Assembly (NCBI GenBank): GCA_049791955.1
Contig: JBARAK010000372.1
Location: 1,729 to 65,728, forward strand
DNA from: Caulobacteraceae bacterium
GTDB lineage: Bacteria > Pseudomonadota > Alphaproteobacteria > Caulobacterales > Caulobacteraceae
DNA length: 64,000 nt
Direction: 5' to 3'
Shown here in pieces: positions 28,001-36,686 of this stretch (positions within the stretch are counted from its first letter, which is position 1; the number at the start of each line of letters is the position of its first letter). Under the pieces are notes generated by a model that searched no databases, was not told the origin of the DNA, and saw nothing but the letters and a program-made list of their open reading frames with translations. A program made the position numbers and the translations under genes.

Positions 28001-28318
28001 AGCCGTGCGGATGTCGGTGCCAGGCTGGAAGAAGATTTTCACCACCCCGACCCCGGTCAGGGACTGGCTCTCGATGTGCTCGATGTTATTGACGGTCAGG
28101 GTGAGCGTGCGCTCGTAATAATAGATGACGCGTCCAGCCATGTCGTTGGCGGGCAGGCCGTTGTACGTCCACACCACCGCGATCACCGGGATATTGATGT
28201 CGGGCAGGATATCGGTCGGGGTTCGGCTGGCAGCCAGCGGGCCAGCCAGCAGGATGAACAGCGCCATGACGATGAACGTCAGGGGGCGTCGCAGCGCGAT
28301 CCGAACAAGCTGAAGCAT
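25088..28318 (-). CDS. efflux RND transporter permease (AcrB/HAE1-like, 1076 aa)
   Basis: Full-length 12-TM AcrB-type architecture, with LGGLSLAVGILVDDATVTIENI in TM4. It overlaps the MFP gene by 11 nt. Confidence 0.95.
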   Translation of the reverse strand: MLQLVRIALRRPLTFIVMALFILLAGPLAASRTPTDILPDINIPVIAVVWTYNGLPANDMAGRVIYYYERTLTLTVNNIEHIESQSLTGVGVVKIFFQPGTDIRTATAQVTSISQTVLKQMPPGITPPQVLNYSASTVPILQLAYSSPTLGEQKIYDTAQNFIRPALATVPGAATPSPYGGLVRQIQIDLDPTALQAKGLSAQDVETAISNQNLIIPAGTAKIGQFEYDVELNDSPEAFDELNNLPIKTVNGATIYVRDVAHVRDGAPPQQNVVRVDGHRAVLATILKAGSASTLSIVQGVKDVLPRLQQTLPSSFKILPLNDQSIFVKAAVSGVIREGVIAAALTSLMILLFLGSWRSSLIIAVSIPLAVLCSITALSALGQTLNIMTLGGLSLAVGILVDDATVTIENINWHLEQGKPVQTAILDGAQQIVTPAFVSLLCICIVFVPMFFLPGVAGFLFVPMAEAVIFAMIASFVLSRTLVPTLANYLLKAHSHHERDVMEHHDAKSGRPRSRNPLVQFQHGFERTFEKIRLGYRDMLVLALENQRKFIAGFMVVVVVSFGLVPFLGRNFFPSVDAGQIVMHVRAPLGTRIEETAAEFDRVEQAIRQVIPPDQLGSVVDNIGLPTSSTNLAYTNTGSIGPQDGDIYVSLKEGHRPTDQYVKTLRERLPQLFPGTDFSFLPADIISQILNFGAPAPIDLQVAGPDPDASRMYANEVLERLRHVTGITDARLQQGVTYPALTVDVDRTLANRVGITERDVTNSLSTTLAGSGQTAPAFWLNPRNGVSYPIVAQTPQYQVDSLSDLENVPVTNGGTNAADSPQILGGLAKVRRETVPAVVTHYAIQPAFDVYATMQGRDLGAVAGDIQKIIKGTAKDLPKGTTITLRGQAVTMNTAFAGLIFGLLGAVVLIYLIVVVNFQSWLDPFVIITALPAALAGIIWMLFITHTTLSVPALTGAIMCMGVATANSILVVSFCREQLEICGDPIQAALEAGFTRFRPVLMTALAMIIGMAPMALALGEGGEQNAPLGRAVIGGLICATFATLMFVPVVFSLVHGKKHAATSADPSVPGEQAYAH

Positions 28319-28593
28319 CCAGGCGGCCCGTTGATCTACGCCGGCGTCGCGAAATCGCGCTCCGCAGTGCGGCTTGAACGGAGGCTAGATACGGACGTGG
28401 GCTACGGTTAGGCCAATGAAAATTTTCTCATTTCGGAGCCCCATCCCGCTGGTAAATCGAGGTCTGTCGCGAGTGCGGGTGGCGTAAGGTGATGTGGCGC
28501 CCATTATGGGGGAGGATTCCAAATCCTTCAGCGATTATAACTAAAGCGATGAAGGGAATGCGTTGATCCCTCCTTTCATCCTACAATAGGCGC

Positions 28594-28621
28594 AATAAAA
28601 AACCGCCTCGTGAGAGGCGGC
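28594..28621 (-). terminator. rho-independent terminator downstream of the mucR-like gene
   Basis: The minus strand reads CCGCCTC-TCAC-GAGGCGG followed by TTTTTTATT, about 60 nt after the stop at 28679. Confidence 0.8.
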
Positions 28622-28678
28622 TCTTCATTGCAAAACGCCAAGCGGTTGCGCCGCTCGGCGCTTCGTGAATTCAGCCGT

Positions 28679-29167
28679 TCAGGCCGCAGTCTTGCTGCGG
28701 CGGCGAGCCGGGGTCGCGGCGGGAGCCTTGGTCGCCTTGGCGGCCTTGGCCTTGGGTTCGGGCGCGGCGGGAGCCGGCGCGGGCTGCGCCTTACGGCCGA
28801 GGCCAAGCGTCTTGGCCAGGTTGGAACGCTGGGCCGAGTAGCTGGCGGCGACCATCGGGTAGTCCTTAGGCAGGCCCCACTTGGTGCGATATTCGTCGGG
28901 GGTCATGCCGCGGGTGGCCAGGTGACGCTTCAGCGACTTGTAACGACGCCCGTCTTCAAGACTGATCAGATATTCCGAGGTGACCGACTTCTTCACGGGG
29001 ACAGCCGGAACCGGAGCCGGCTCGGGTTGAGGCGCGCCGGCGTTCTGCAAAGCCTTATGCACGCTGGAGATGAGCTCAGGCAGTTCGCCGATGGACAGCT
29101 TGTTGTTACCCACATAGGCGGCGACGATGTCGGCCGCGAGTGCGGCAGTTTCTACGGTTTCGGTCAT
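28679..29167 (-). CDS. MucR/Ros family transcriptional regulator with divergent zinc-ligand positions and an Ala/Pro/Lys-rich tail
   Basis: ADIVAAYVGNNKLSIGELPELISSVHKAL and YKSLKRHL...MTPDEYRTKWGLPKDYPMVAASYSAQRSNLAK are signature MucR/Ros sequence. In-frame ATG at 29167. Confidence 0.9.
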   Translation of the reverse strand: MTETVETAALAADIVAAYVGNNKLSIGELPELISSVHKALQNAGAPQPEPAPVPAVPVKKSVTSEYLISLEDGRRYKSLKRHLATRGMTPDEYRTKWGLPKDYPMVAASYSAQRSNLAKTLGLGRKAQPAPAPAAPEPKAKAAKATKAPAATPARRRSKTAA

Positions 29168-29718
29168 GGTTTTTTCTGATGGATTGGAGGGGTGGTGCCT
29201 GGAAAAGCAATCCTGGCTGAGTAATCCTGATATCGATCTATGTCCAGTATATAAATTGATTCCCAGGTGAGCCAATAAGAAAATACGTTCTGGCGATGCT
29301 GAATCGGCGCCTGTGGATATGTGATCACGTCGCGGAAAACGCGAGAAAATCAATGACACGCCCCGACCGTGGAGCGTTCACCGATATGGATTATCAGCGG
29401 CGGCTGCTTAACCTTGCCTGCCAGAAACCTCGGCGTCTGAATTTGGGCGGGCGTTGCAGGAGCGAAAGAGTTCGCGGCTGAAGCATGACTTCGCCGGCTC
29501 CATCTACCCAAGAGATCGTTGCGATTCTGTTTGCATGTGTCAGCTCCCGGCTATGTCGCACGGGAAATGGTCTGGCCTATGGTAGGTCTGTGGCCGCATT
29601 GGCCGGCCAGCCGCGCGCCATGTATGGATGGTCGACGAAAAGGCGGCTTTTCTATCTCTGCGAGATTATGACCGCGCCTGCTCTGGACGCTTTTTGATTC
29701 CAACAGCAAGATGAGGCG

Positions 29719-30759
29719 ATGACCTTATCATGTCCGCTCATCTTGCCGATCGCAATGGACGATCTCGCGCCGCTGCTTGCGCAGTGTGGACGACAAGTGG
29801 ATGTCGAGGGACTTCTTCATGCCGAGGGGCGGGAGGTGGATGGCCCTGGCGCAAGTATCGGCTTGGCGGATTGCTTTCGCTTGCTCAGGCGATTGGCGCA
29901 GTTGGAGGGAGAGGAAACCTTCGCCTTATCCTCGCGGCCGATGGTGAAGGGGGCCGCTGAGTTTGTATTATCGCGCGCAGGCGGCGCCACCACGGTGGGA
30001 GAGGGGCTGCGCCAGATCGCCTCCGGCTACAATGTGCTCCATGGCGCCGATTACAACAGGGTCGAGCGCCGAGCGGGTCAACTTGTTTATACTATTCACG
30101 ATGACGCCTTTCCATATACCCGTCCGCGCGACGGCTATCTCAATTTCTCCTTGGAGTGTACCCTCATCTTTTTGCATGCGGCAGCGTGCGAACTGGCCCA
30201 GGCTGATCTGTCCTCCAGAGTGATCCGGGTCAATACCCGCCGTCCTGATCTGTCAGGACCGGGGGTGAAGGCCCTTGCATTCTGGCGCGCGCCGGTGAGC
30301 TGTGGCGCACGCGTCTACGGAGTCGCCTACGACGCCGGGCTCGACGACATGCCGGTGCGGGGCCTGCGTCACGGGCCGGCGGCGGATTTGGCCGTGCACA
30401 ATCGCATCATCGCCCTGATCGAGCAGCCAATAGACGAGGCTGCCGACCGACGGCTCGCCCCTGTTGTGCGTAAGGCGTTGGAGGCGGGCGCGACGGATCA
30501 GGAAGCTTTGGCCCAGGACCTGGGGATGTCGGTGGCGACCCTGCGTCGTCATCTGGCGCAGGAGGATACCAGCTTTCGCATCATCCATCGGCAGGTGATG
30601 AATGACTATGCCCGTGTGCGGATACTGGAGACGCGTGACCTCGCCACCGTGGCCGAGGAACTGGGATTCTCCGACCCGCGCGCCTTCACCCGGGCCTTCA
30701 AGGACTGGAACGGCATGACCCCCAGCGACTACCGCACCCGTCAGCCAGCGGCCCGCTAA
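29719..30759 (+). CDS. AraC family transcriptional regulator
   Basis: C-terminal dual HTH (LAQDLGMSVATLRRHLAQEDTSF ... VAEELGFSDPRAFTRAFKDWNGMTPSDYR). The start is uncertain; ATG at about 29755 (MDDLAPLL) is also possible. Confidence 0.85.
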   Translation: MTLSCPLILPIAMDDLAPLLAQCGRQVDVEGLLHAEGREVDGPGASIGLADCFRLLRRLAQLEGEETFALSSRPMVKGAAEFVLSRAGGATTVGEGLRQIASGYNVLHGADYNRVERRAGQLVYTIHDDAFPYTRPRDGYLNFSLECTLIFLHAAACELAQADLSSRVIRVNTRRPDLSGPGVKALAFWRAPVSCGARVYGVAYDAGLDDMPVRGLRHGPAADLAVHNRIIALIEQPIDEAADRRLAPVVRKALEAGATDQEALAQDLGMSVATLRRHLAQEDTSFRIIHRQVMNDYARVRILETRDLATVAEELGFSDPRAFTRAFKDWNGMTPSDYRTRQPAAR

Positions 30760-30889
30760 CTGGTTTGCTGAGCGAAAATGTTCCCTGATTGCTGCGCCAT
30801 CTGGTCCTGGCGCAGCGGATAGGCGGCGGGCAAGTTTCTCCCCATCGACCGGAGCGCCGCGAAAGACGGCCGTCCGTGGGGGAGGAAAT

Positions 30890-33229
30890 ATGTCCAGGTC
30901 TTCGAAGCTCGCCCTGCTGGGGTGTGCAGCGCTTGTCGCTGTAACGACGTCGGTTTGGGGGACCTCCGCCTTCGCCCAGGACGCGTCGGCGGCGATCCAG
31001 CATCCGATCGCTCAAGCACCTGCACCCGACAACACGGGCAGTGTGGCCGAGGTCGTGGTCACTGCCCGGCGCACGGCGGAGAACCTGCAGCGGGTGCCGG
31101 TCGCCATCTCCGCCTTCTCGGGACGGCAGCTCGACTCCATCGGGGCCACCGACGCCACCTCGCTTCAGGGCCTGGTGCCGAACCTGAACCTGGTCCAGGG
31201 ACGAGGGAGCGCGGATTCCGCCAACGTCTATATCCGTGGCATGGGCCAGCCTGACGCCCTGCAGACCTTCGACCCGGCGGTCGGAATGTATCTGGACGAC
31301 GTCTATCTCAGCCGTATCCGGGGTGTGTTGTTCAACCTGTTCGACCTGGACAGGGTCGAGGTGTTGCGCGGACCTCAGGGCACCCTCTACGGCAAGAACA
31401 CCATCGGCGGCGCCATCCGCTACATCACCCGCAAGCCATCGCAGGACCCCTATGTGGAAGTCTCCGCTGGCGTGGGAAATCGCGGACAGTATGAGTTCAA
31501 GGCTACGGCGATGGGGCCCGTGACATCCACCCTGGCGTTGGGCGCTTCGATCTACGCGGCGGGTCACGATGACTATGTGAAGGATTCAATCACCGGGCGG
31601 GGCTACAACAACGAGGATAACCTGGCTGGCCGCCTGCAGGCGGCATGGACGCCCACGTCCAACTTCCGGATGGATCTGTCGTTCGACTACACCCAGGAGC
31701 ATCCGCACATGGACGTCGGGCAGGAGACCGCCAACGTCTTCCGCACCAACCTGTTGCCGTCGCCAGGTCTCGGGCCGGTCACGGTGCTGTTTCCGGGCGC
31801 CAGCCAGGGCGCAAATACCTGGAACTACACCGCGCCGATCTCGCCCGGCTTGTCCAACCGTGAACCGCTCAACCACGCGGGTTTCTCCGCGGTGGAGACC
31901 TGGAAGCTGGATGATGACTTCACCCTGAAGTCGATCACGGCTTATCGCCATCTGGTCTATGACGACAGCATCGACATCGACGCTACGCCTTTCGAGCTCG
32001 GTGACGTGATCGTGGGCGTGACCCAGCGGCAGATCAGCCAGGAGTTCCAGCTCAACTACGAAAACGGACCGATCAGGGCGGTGGGCGGATTGTTCTACAT
32101 GCGGGAGCATATCGACAGCACCCAGCTCGCGTTCGGCGACGATCTGTTCAGCCTGGCGGGCGGGCCCTTCCCGGCGGTGCGGACCGTACAAGACAACCTG
32201 GACACCAACAGTTACGCCGCCTACCTGAACGCCACCTACAGCATCACCAGCGACCTGCGTCTGACGGGCGGGGTTCGCTTTACGGATGAGAAGAAGACCT
32301 ATTTCCTCATCACCGCCGTCAACGGGACCTCTCCCTTCAGCTTTGACGCGGAGAAGAGCTGGACCAACGTCTCGCCCACGGTGTCGCTCGACTATCAACT
32401 TCGTCCCAACATCCTGACCTACGCCCGCTTCTCTGAGGGCTTCCAGTCGGGTGGGTTCAACGGCCGCGCCGAGTCGGCGGGCGAGCAGGTCCCGTACAAT
32501 CCCGAAACGGTCTACACCTATGAGATCGGCGCCAAGACCCAGTGGCTGGACCATCGCCTGACCGCCAACCTGGCGTTGTTCTATAACGACTACCGCGACT
32601 TCCAGGCCAGCGTGACCCGCGCCTTCCCTGACCCCAACCCGGCCAACCCGCCACAGTTCGTCCAGACCGTGCTGAACGCCGGCAAGCTGCGCACGGATGG
32701 GGCGGAGATCGAACTCGCCTATCACCCGATCCGCCCGCTCTCCATCGACGCCAACCTTGGCTATCTGGACGCGAAGTATCTGAACTTCACCGACGCGGCC
32801 TTCATCACGCCCACCAATCCGACCGGTAGCCGTGCAAACGAGACGCCGGCCTTCTCGCCAAAATACACCGCGCGGATCGGCCCGACCTACGAGTGGGACC
32901 TGTCCGATTTCGGTATATTGCGGGGAGGCTATCTGAGCTTGGGGGGCGGCGTTTCCTACCGCTCACGCATGTCACTGGCGGTCGACGATACCGACCCGTC
33001 AGGTCACGTGTTCGAGAACCTGTTCCAGAACGGCTACGCCCTGTTCGACGCCCGCCTCGTCTGGGAAAGCAGCGACCGCAAATTCACCGCCGGCCTCTAC
33101 GGCAAGAACATCACCGGGAAGATCTATAAGACAGACGCCCAGAACTTTCAGGCCATCGGGGGTATCCAGACCGTGTATTATGGCGATCCGGCCACCTTCA
33201 TGTTCCGCGTCTCGGCGCGTGTCTTCTGA
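30890..33229 (+). CDS. TonB-dependent receptor
   Basis: Signal peptide, plug domain (VVVTARRTAENLQRVPVAISAF, VEVLRGPQGTLYGKNTIGGAI) and a C-terminal beta-barrel ending in Phe. Confidence 0.9.
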   Translation: MSRSSKLALLGCAALVAVTTSVWGTSAFAQDASAAIQHPIAQAPAPDNTGSVAEVVVTARRTAENLQRVPVAISAFSGRQLDSIGATDATSLQGLVPNLNLVQGRGSADSANVYIRGMGQPDALQTFDPAVGMYLDDVYLSRIRGVLFNLFDLDRVEVLRGPQGTLYGKNTIGGAIRYITRKPSQDPYVEVSAGVGNRGQYEFKATAMGPVTSTLALGASIYAAGHDDYVKDSITGRGYNNEDNLAGRLQAAWTPTSNFRMDLSFDYTQEHPHMDVGQETANVFRTNLLPSPGLGPVTVLFPGASQGANTWNYTAPISPGLSNREPLNHAGFSAVETWKLDDDFTLKSITAYRHLVYDDSIDIDATPFELGDVIVGVTQRQISQEFQLNYENGPIRAVGGLFYMREHIDSTQLAFGDDLFSLAGGPFPAVRTVQDNLDTNSYAAYLNATYSITSDLRLTGGVRFTDEKKTYFLITAVNGTSPFSFDAEKSWTNVSPTVSLDYQLRPNILTYARFSEGFQSGGFNGRAESAGEQVPYNPETVYTYEIGAKTQWLDHRLTANLALFYNDYRDFQASVTRAFPDPNPANPPQFVQTVLNAGKLRTDGAEIELAYHPIRPLSIDANLGYLDAKYLNFTDAAFITPTNPTGSRANETPAFSPKYTARIGPTYEWDLSDFGILRGGYLSLGGGVSYRSRMSLAVDDTDPSGHVFENLFQNGYALFDARLVWESSDRKFTAGLYGKNITGKIYKTDAQNFQAIGGIQTVYYGDPATFMFRVSARVF

Positions 33230-33263
33230 GGCGGCATCCGGCCGAACCTGTTCGCGAGACGCC

Positions 33264-34130
33264 ATGATGGACTTTGTGGAACGGAGCTGGACCACCGTGG
33301 GCGGCCTCAGGTTGTCCGGGCGTGACTACGCCGGCGACGCCGGGCCTGCGCGGCTGGCTGTGATCTGCTTGCATGGCCTGACCCGCAATGCGCGCGATTT
33401 CGAACAGGTCGCGCCGGTCTTCTCTGCGCGTGGCCGCAGGGTGGTGGCGCTGGACGTGCGCGGGCGCGGCCGCTCGGCCTGGGACCCCGAACCGGCGAAC
33501 TACGCCGTGCCGGTTTATGTGGACGACATGATCGGATGGGCCGGCGCGCTCGGGATCGACCGTGCGGTATTCGTCGGGACTTCAATGGGCGGGCTGATCG
33601 CAATGGCCTTGGCGGCCGCCCGACCAGGGCTTGTGGCCTCCGTGGTGCTCAACGACATCGGTCCCGAGATCGCAGCCGAGGGCCTAGCCCGCATCTCCGC
33701 CTACACTGGCGAAACCCCCTCGGTGGCGAGCTGGCGCGAGGCGGCCGCCTACGCACGCCACATCAACGCCCCGGCTTTCCCGGACTACGGCGAGGCTCAG
33801 TGGGAGGTTTTTGCGCATCGTCTGTTCCGTGAGGATGCAGGGCGGATCACCCTCGATTACGATCCCGCCGTCGCCACTCCAATGAAGGCGCCGCCACCCC
33901 AGCCTGCGCCTGATCTTTGGCCACTGTTCGATCTGTTGGCCAGGGATCGCCCGCTGCTTTTGGTGCGAGGCGCCATCTCCGACCTCCTGGCGCCGGCGAC
34001 CCGGGACCAGATGCGCTTCCGCGCCCCGCATATGCGTTTGACCGAGGTCGCCGGCGTCGGTCATGCCCCGACTCTGAGCGAACCGGAGGCGGTGGCCGCG
34101 TTGGCGGCCTTTCTGGACGAGGTGGATTGA
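33264..34130 (+). CDS. alpha/beta hydrolase
   Basis: VICLHGLTRNARDF, the GTSMGG nucleophile elbow and C-terminal GVGHAP. Start chosen at MMDFVERSW. Confidence 0.85.
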   Translation: MMDFVERSWTTVGGLRLSGRDYAGDAGPARLAVICLHGLTRNARDFEQVAPVFSARGRRVVALDVRGRGRSAWDPEPANYAVPVYVDDMIGWAGALGIDRAVFVGTSMGGLIAMALAAARPGLVASVVLNDIGPEIAAEGLARISAYTGETPSVASWREAAAYARHINAPAFPDYGEAQWEVFAHRLFREDAGRITLDYDPAVATPMKAPPPQPAPDLWPLFDLLARDRPLLLVRGAISDLLAPATRDQMRFRAPHMRLTEVAGVGHAPTLSEPEAVAALAAFLDEVD

Positions 34131-34164
34131 GAGGCGGGAGCCGTCCAATACTGCACAAAGCGGG

Positions 34165-35460
34165 CTATGCGCTCGTTGCCCCTGGCGGAGCACGTTTGAC
34201 GGCGAGGAAGATCAGACTGCCGGCCAGCGCCAGTGCGGCGAATACGTAGGTGGCTCCGGATGTGTCCCCGAAGGCTTGCTGGGTGGCGCCCATGATGTAG
34301 GCGGCCAGGAAGCCGGCTAAGCCTGCGAAGATGTTGATGAGGGCGAAACCGACCGCGGCGGCCTGCCCGGTGATGAATGCTCCGGCTTGCGCCCAGACCA
34401 GCGGCGTTACTGCGATGAAGAAGGCGATCGACACCACCAGCCCGATTACGCCCGCCGCCGACCCGCCGGAAAGCGCCTGGAGCACCAGCCCTCCCGCAGC
34501 GACCGACACGGCGCCGAAGCAGTGCCAACGCCGTTCGCGCCGCAGGTCGGAACTTCGGCCGAGGCTCCACATGACCAGTGCGGACAGGGCGTAGGGGAGG
34601 GCTGAAACAAGTCCGATCCGGGTGTAATCGCTGACGCCGGCGGCGCGGATCGTGCTCGGAAGCCAGAACACTCCCGCATAGATTCCGAGATTGACGGTGA
34701 ACTGGGCGCTGCAGAGCATCCAGACCGGTTTAGAGGCGAACGCCGCCCAGATGTCAGAGCGGCGCAGGGCATGCCGGTTTGGAATCTCGACCCCAGCCGC
34801 CACCTGGTCCTTCTCGTCTTCCGTCAGCCAGGATGCGTCACGTACGGATTCGGGGAGCCGGGCCAGAAGTGCCACGCCCATGAACACGGCCGGCGCGCCT
34901 TGCAGCAGGAACAGCCACTGCCAGTTCCTCAGGCCGCCGGCATGTTGGAAATTGGCCATGATCCAACCCGACAGGGGACCAACCACGACACCGCCTGCAG
35001 AGGCCCCCATGATCAGTATGGAGAATATGCGCCCTTGCCGGTGCGCGGGATACCATTGGGTCAGGTAGTACATTGCGCCGGGCACGAACCCCGATTCCGC
35101 CATCCCCAGCAGGAAGCGAAGCTCATAGAACGACGCCGGCGTGCGGATCAGCAGCATCAGCATCGACAAGCCGCCCCAGATCAGAATGATCCCAGCCAGC
35201 CAGCGCTTTGCGCCCCATCTATACAGCAACAGATTGCTGGGTATCTCGAACAGGACGAAACCGACGAAGAAAACGCCGGCTCCAAATCCATACACCGCGG
35301 CGCTGAAATGGAGATCGTCCACCATCTGCAGCTTGGCGAAACCGACATTGACCCGGTCGATGTAGGAAATGACGTAGCTGACGAAGAGCAACGGCATCAG
35401 TCGCCAGGTGATCCGGGCGTAGAGGCGATCCTCCCCGGCGGTCCTGGCGGGAACGGCCAT
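34165..35460 (-). CDS. MFS transporter (anion:cation symporter/ACS-like)
   Basis: In-frame ATG 35460. YIDRVNVGFAKLQM and LRFLLGMAESGFVPG motifs with 12 predicted TM segments. It is a paralog of 40600..41955. Confidence 0.9.
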   Translation of the reverse strand: MAVPARTAGEDRLYARITWRLMPLLFVSYVISYIDRVNVGFAKLQMVDDLHFSAAVYGFGAGVFFVGFVLFEIPSNLLLYRWGAKRWLAGIILIWGGLSMLMLLIRTPASFYELRFLLGMAESGFVPGAMYYLTQWYPAHRQGRIFSILIMGASAGGVVVGPLSGWIMANFQHAGGLRNWQWLFLLQGAPAVFMGVALLARLPESVRDASWLTEDEKDQVAAGVEIPNRHALRRSDIWAAFASKPVWMLCSAQFTVNLGIYAGVFWLPSTIRAAGVSDYTRIGLVSALPYALSALVMWSLGRSSDLRRERRWHCFGAVSVAAGGLVLQALSGGSAAGVIGLVVSIAFFIAVTPLVWAQAGAFITGQAAAVGFALINIFAGLAGFLAAYIMGATQQAFGDTSGATYVFAALALAGSLIFLAVKRAPPGATSA

Positions 35461-35474
35461 GTCGATGGCGGCGG

Positions 35475-36635
35475 TCAGCGGGAGAGCCTTCCGACCAGGC
35501 GATCCAGGAAGCGTTCGCAGATCGCGAGCTGCTCGAGTGAGACGAACTCGTCGGGTTTGTGCGCCTGCTGGATGCTGCCCGGTCCGCAGATGATGCTGGG
35601 GATGCCGATGCCGGCGAAAAACGGAGCTTCGGTGCCATAGGCGACGCGGCCCGCGCCGTTTTCTCCGGACAGGGCGAGCGCCAGCCTGAGGATGTCGTCG
35701 GTGTCCTTGGTGTCGAGCGGGGGAATGCGTCCGATGCATTCGAACTCGATCCCGGCCTTGGGGCTGCGGGCCCGCATTCGGGGCAGCAGTTCGTTGTCCG
35801 CATAGGCGTGGATCGCGTCGATGAAATGATCGGGGGACAGGCCCGGCAGGAAGCGATACTCGAAGAAGAACTCGCACTCGGCGGGCACGATGTTATTGCC
35901 GTTGCCACCAGAAATCACGTTGGTCGAGATCGTGGAGAAGGGGACGTCATAGCCGTCCTGCCGGACCCCGTCTGTTTCTTCGCGATCGGCGAGGTCCTGG
36001 ATGTGGGCGATCAGCTTGGCGGCGTATTCGATGGCGTTCACGCCGTGCGGCGTCAGGGAAGAATGCGCCGCCACCCCGCTGACGCAGCAGCGGTAGATGC
36101 GACCGCCCTTGTGCGCCGCTACGACGCGCATGTCAGTCGGCTCGCCCACAATGCATCCGTTGGGCTGTATGCCCGCGCGCTGGATGTCGGCCACCAGCCC
36201 CGGCACGCCCAGGCAGCCCTGCTCCTCGTCATAGGTCAAGGCGATGTGGATGGGATCACGTAGGGACGCCTGGGCGAAGGTGGGCGCCTTGGCCATTACC
36301 ACGCCGATGAAGGCTTTCATGTCGCAAGCCCCACGGCCGTAAAGGCGGTCGTCGCGGATTTCGGCCTTGAATGGGTCGCTCCGCCAGGATTGGCCGTCGA
36401 CCGGCACCACGTCGGTGTGGCCCGATAAGACCACGCCCCCTTCGCCTTCACCGAAAGTGGCGAACAGGTTCGCCTTGGAGCGGTCTGAATTGTAGTCGTG
36501 GCGAAGGCGCGCTCCCAGCGCTTCCAGGCGCTCGGCGGCCCAATCGATCAGCGCGAGGTTCGAATTGCGCGAGGTGGTGTCGAAGCCGATCAACGCGCTC
36601 AGATGATCCACTGTCTCCGGGGATGGGGCGTCCAT
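35475..36635 (-). CDS. M20 family deacylase (acetylornithine deacetylase ArgE-like)
   Basis: LIGFDTTSRNSN, VLSGHTDVVP, GRGACDMK and YDEEQGCLG are ArgE/DapE-type metal ligand motifs. Confidence 0.85.
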   Translation of the reverse strand: MDAPSPETVDHLSALIGFDTTSRNSNLALIDWAAERLEALGARLRHDYNSDRSKANLFATFGEGEGGVVLSGHTDVVPVDGQSWRSDPFKAEIRDDRLYGRGACDMKAFIGVVMAKAPTFAQASLRDPIHIALTYDEEQGCLGVPGLVADIQRAGIQPNGCIVGEPTDMRVVAAHKGGRIYRCCVSGVAAHSSLTPHGVNAIEYAAKLIAHIQDLADREETDGVRQDGYDVPFSTISTNVISGGNGNNIVPAECEFFFEYRFLPGLSPDHFIDAIHAYADNELLPRMRARSPKAGIEFECIGRIPPLDTKDTDDILRLALALSGENGAGRVAYGTEAPFFAGIGIPSIICGPGSIQQAHKPDEFVSLEQLAICERFLDRLVGRLSR

Positions 36636-36686
36636 GGGTGATCCTCACGGCTGGGCGACCAGAGCTTGGCGCCATTTGATTTAAGT

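Noticed and set aside
29296-29697. Two small ORFs (61 aa and 70 aa) in the mucR-araC spacer
   Set aside because: Their third-position GC is about 60%, far below real genes in this window. They have no convincing RBS and no recognisable motifs. The region is treated as non-coding and reported as a finding.
30760-30889. Checked TBDR leaders (also 40357-40599 and 60871-61078) for cobalamin or TPP riboswitch cores
   Set aside because: No B12-box (GCCACTG-like) or THI-box (CTGAGA...ACCTGA) elements were seen.
34165-35877. 570-aa extended MFS ORF overlapping the ArgE-like gene. The extended ORFs 16264..16974 and 28679..29359 are similar cases.
   Set aside because: The N-terminal extensions are Arg/Pro/His-rich junk that overlaps neighbouring genes or spacers. 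Internal ATGs give canonical family N-termini.
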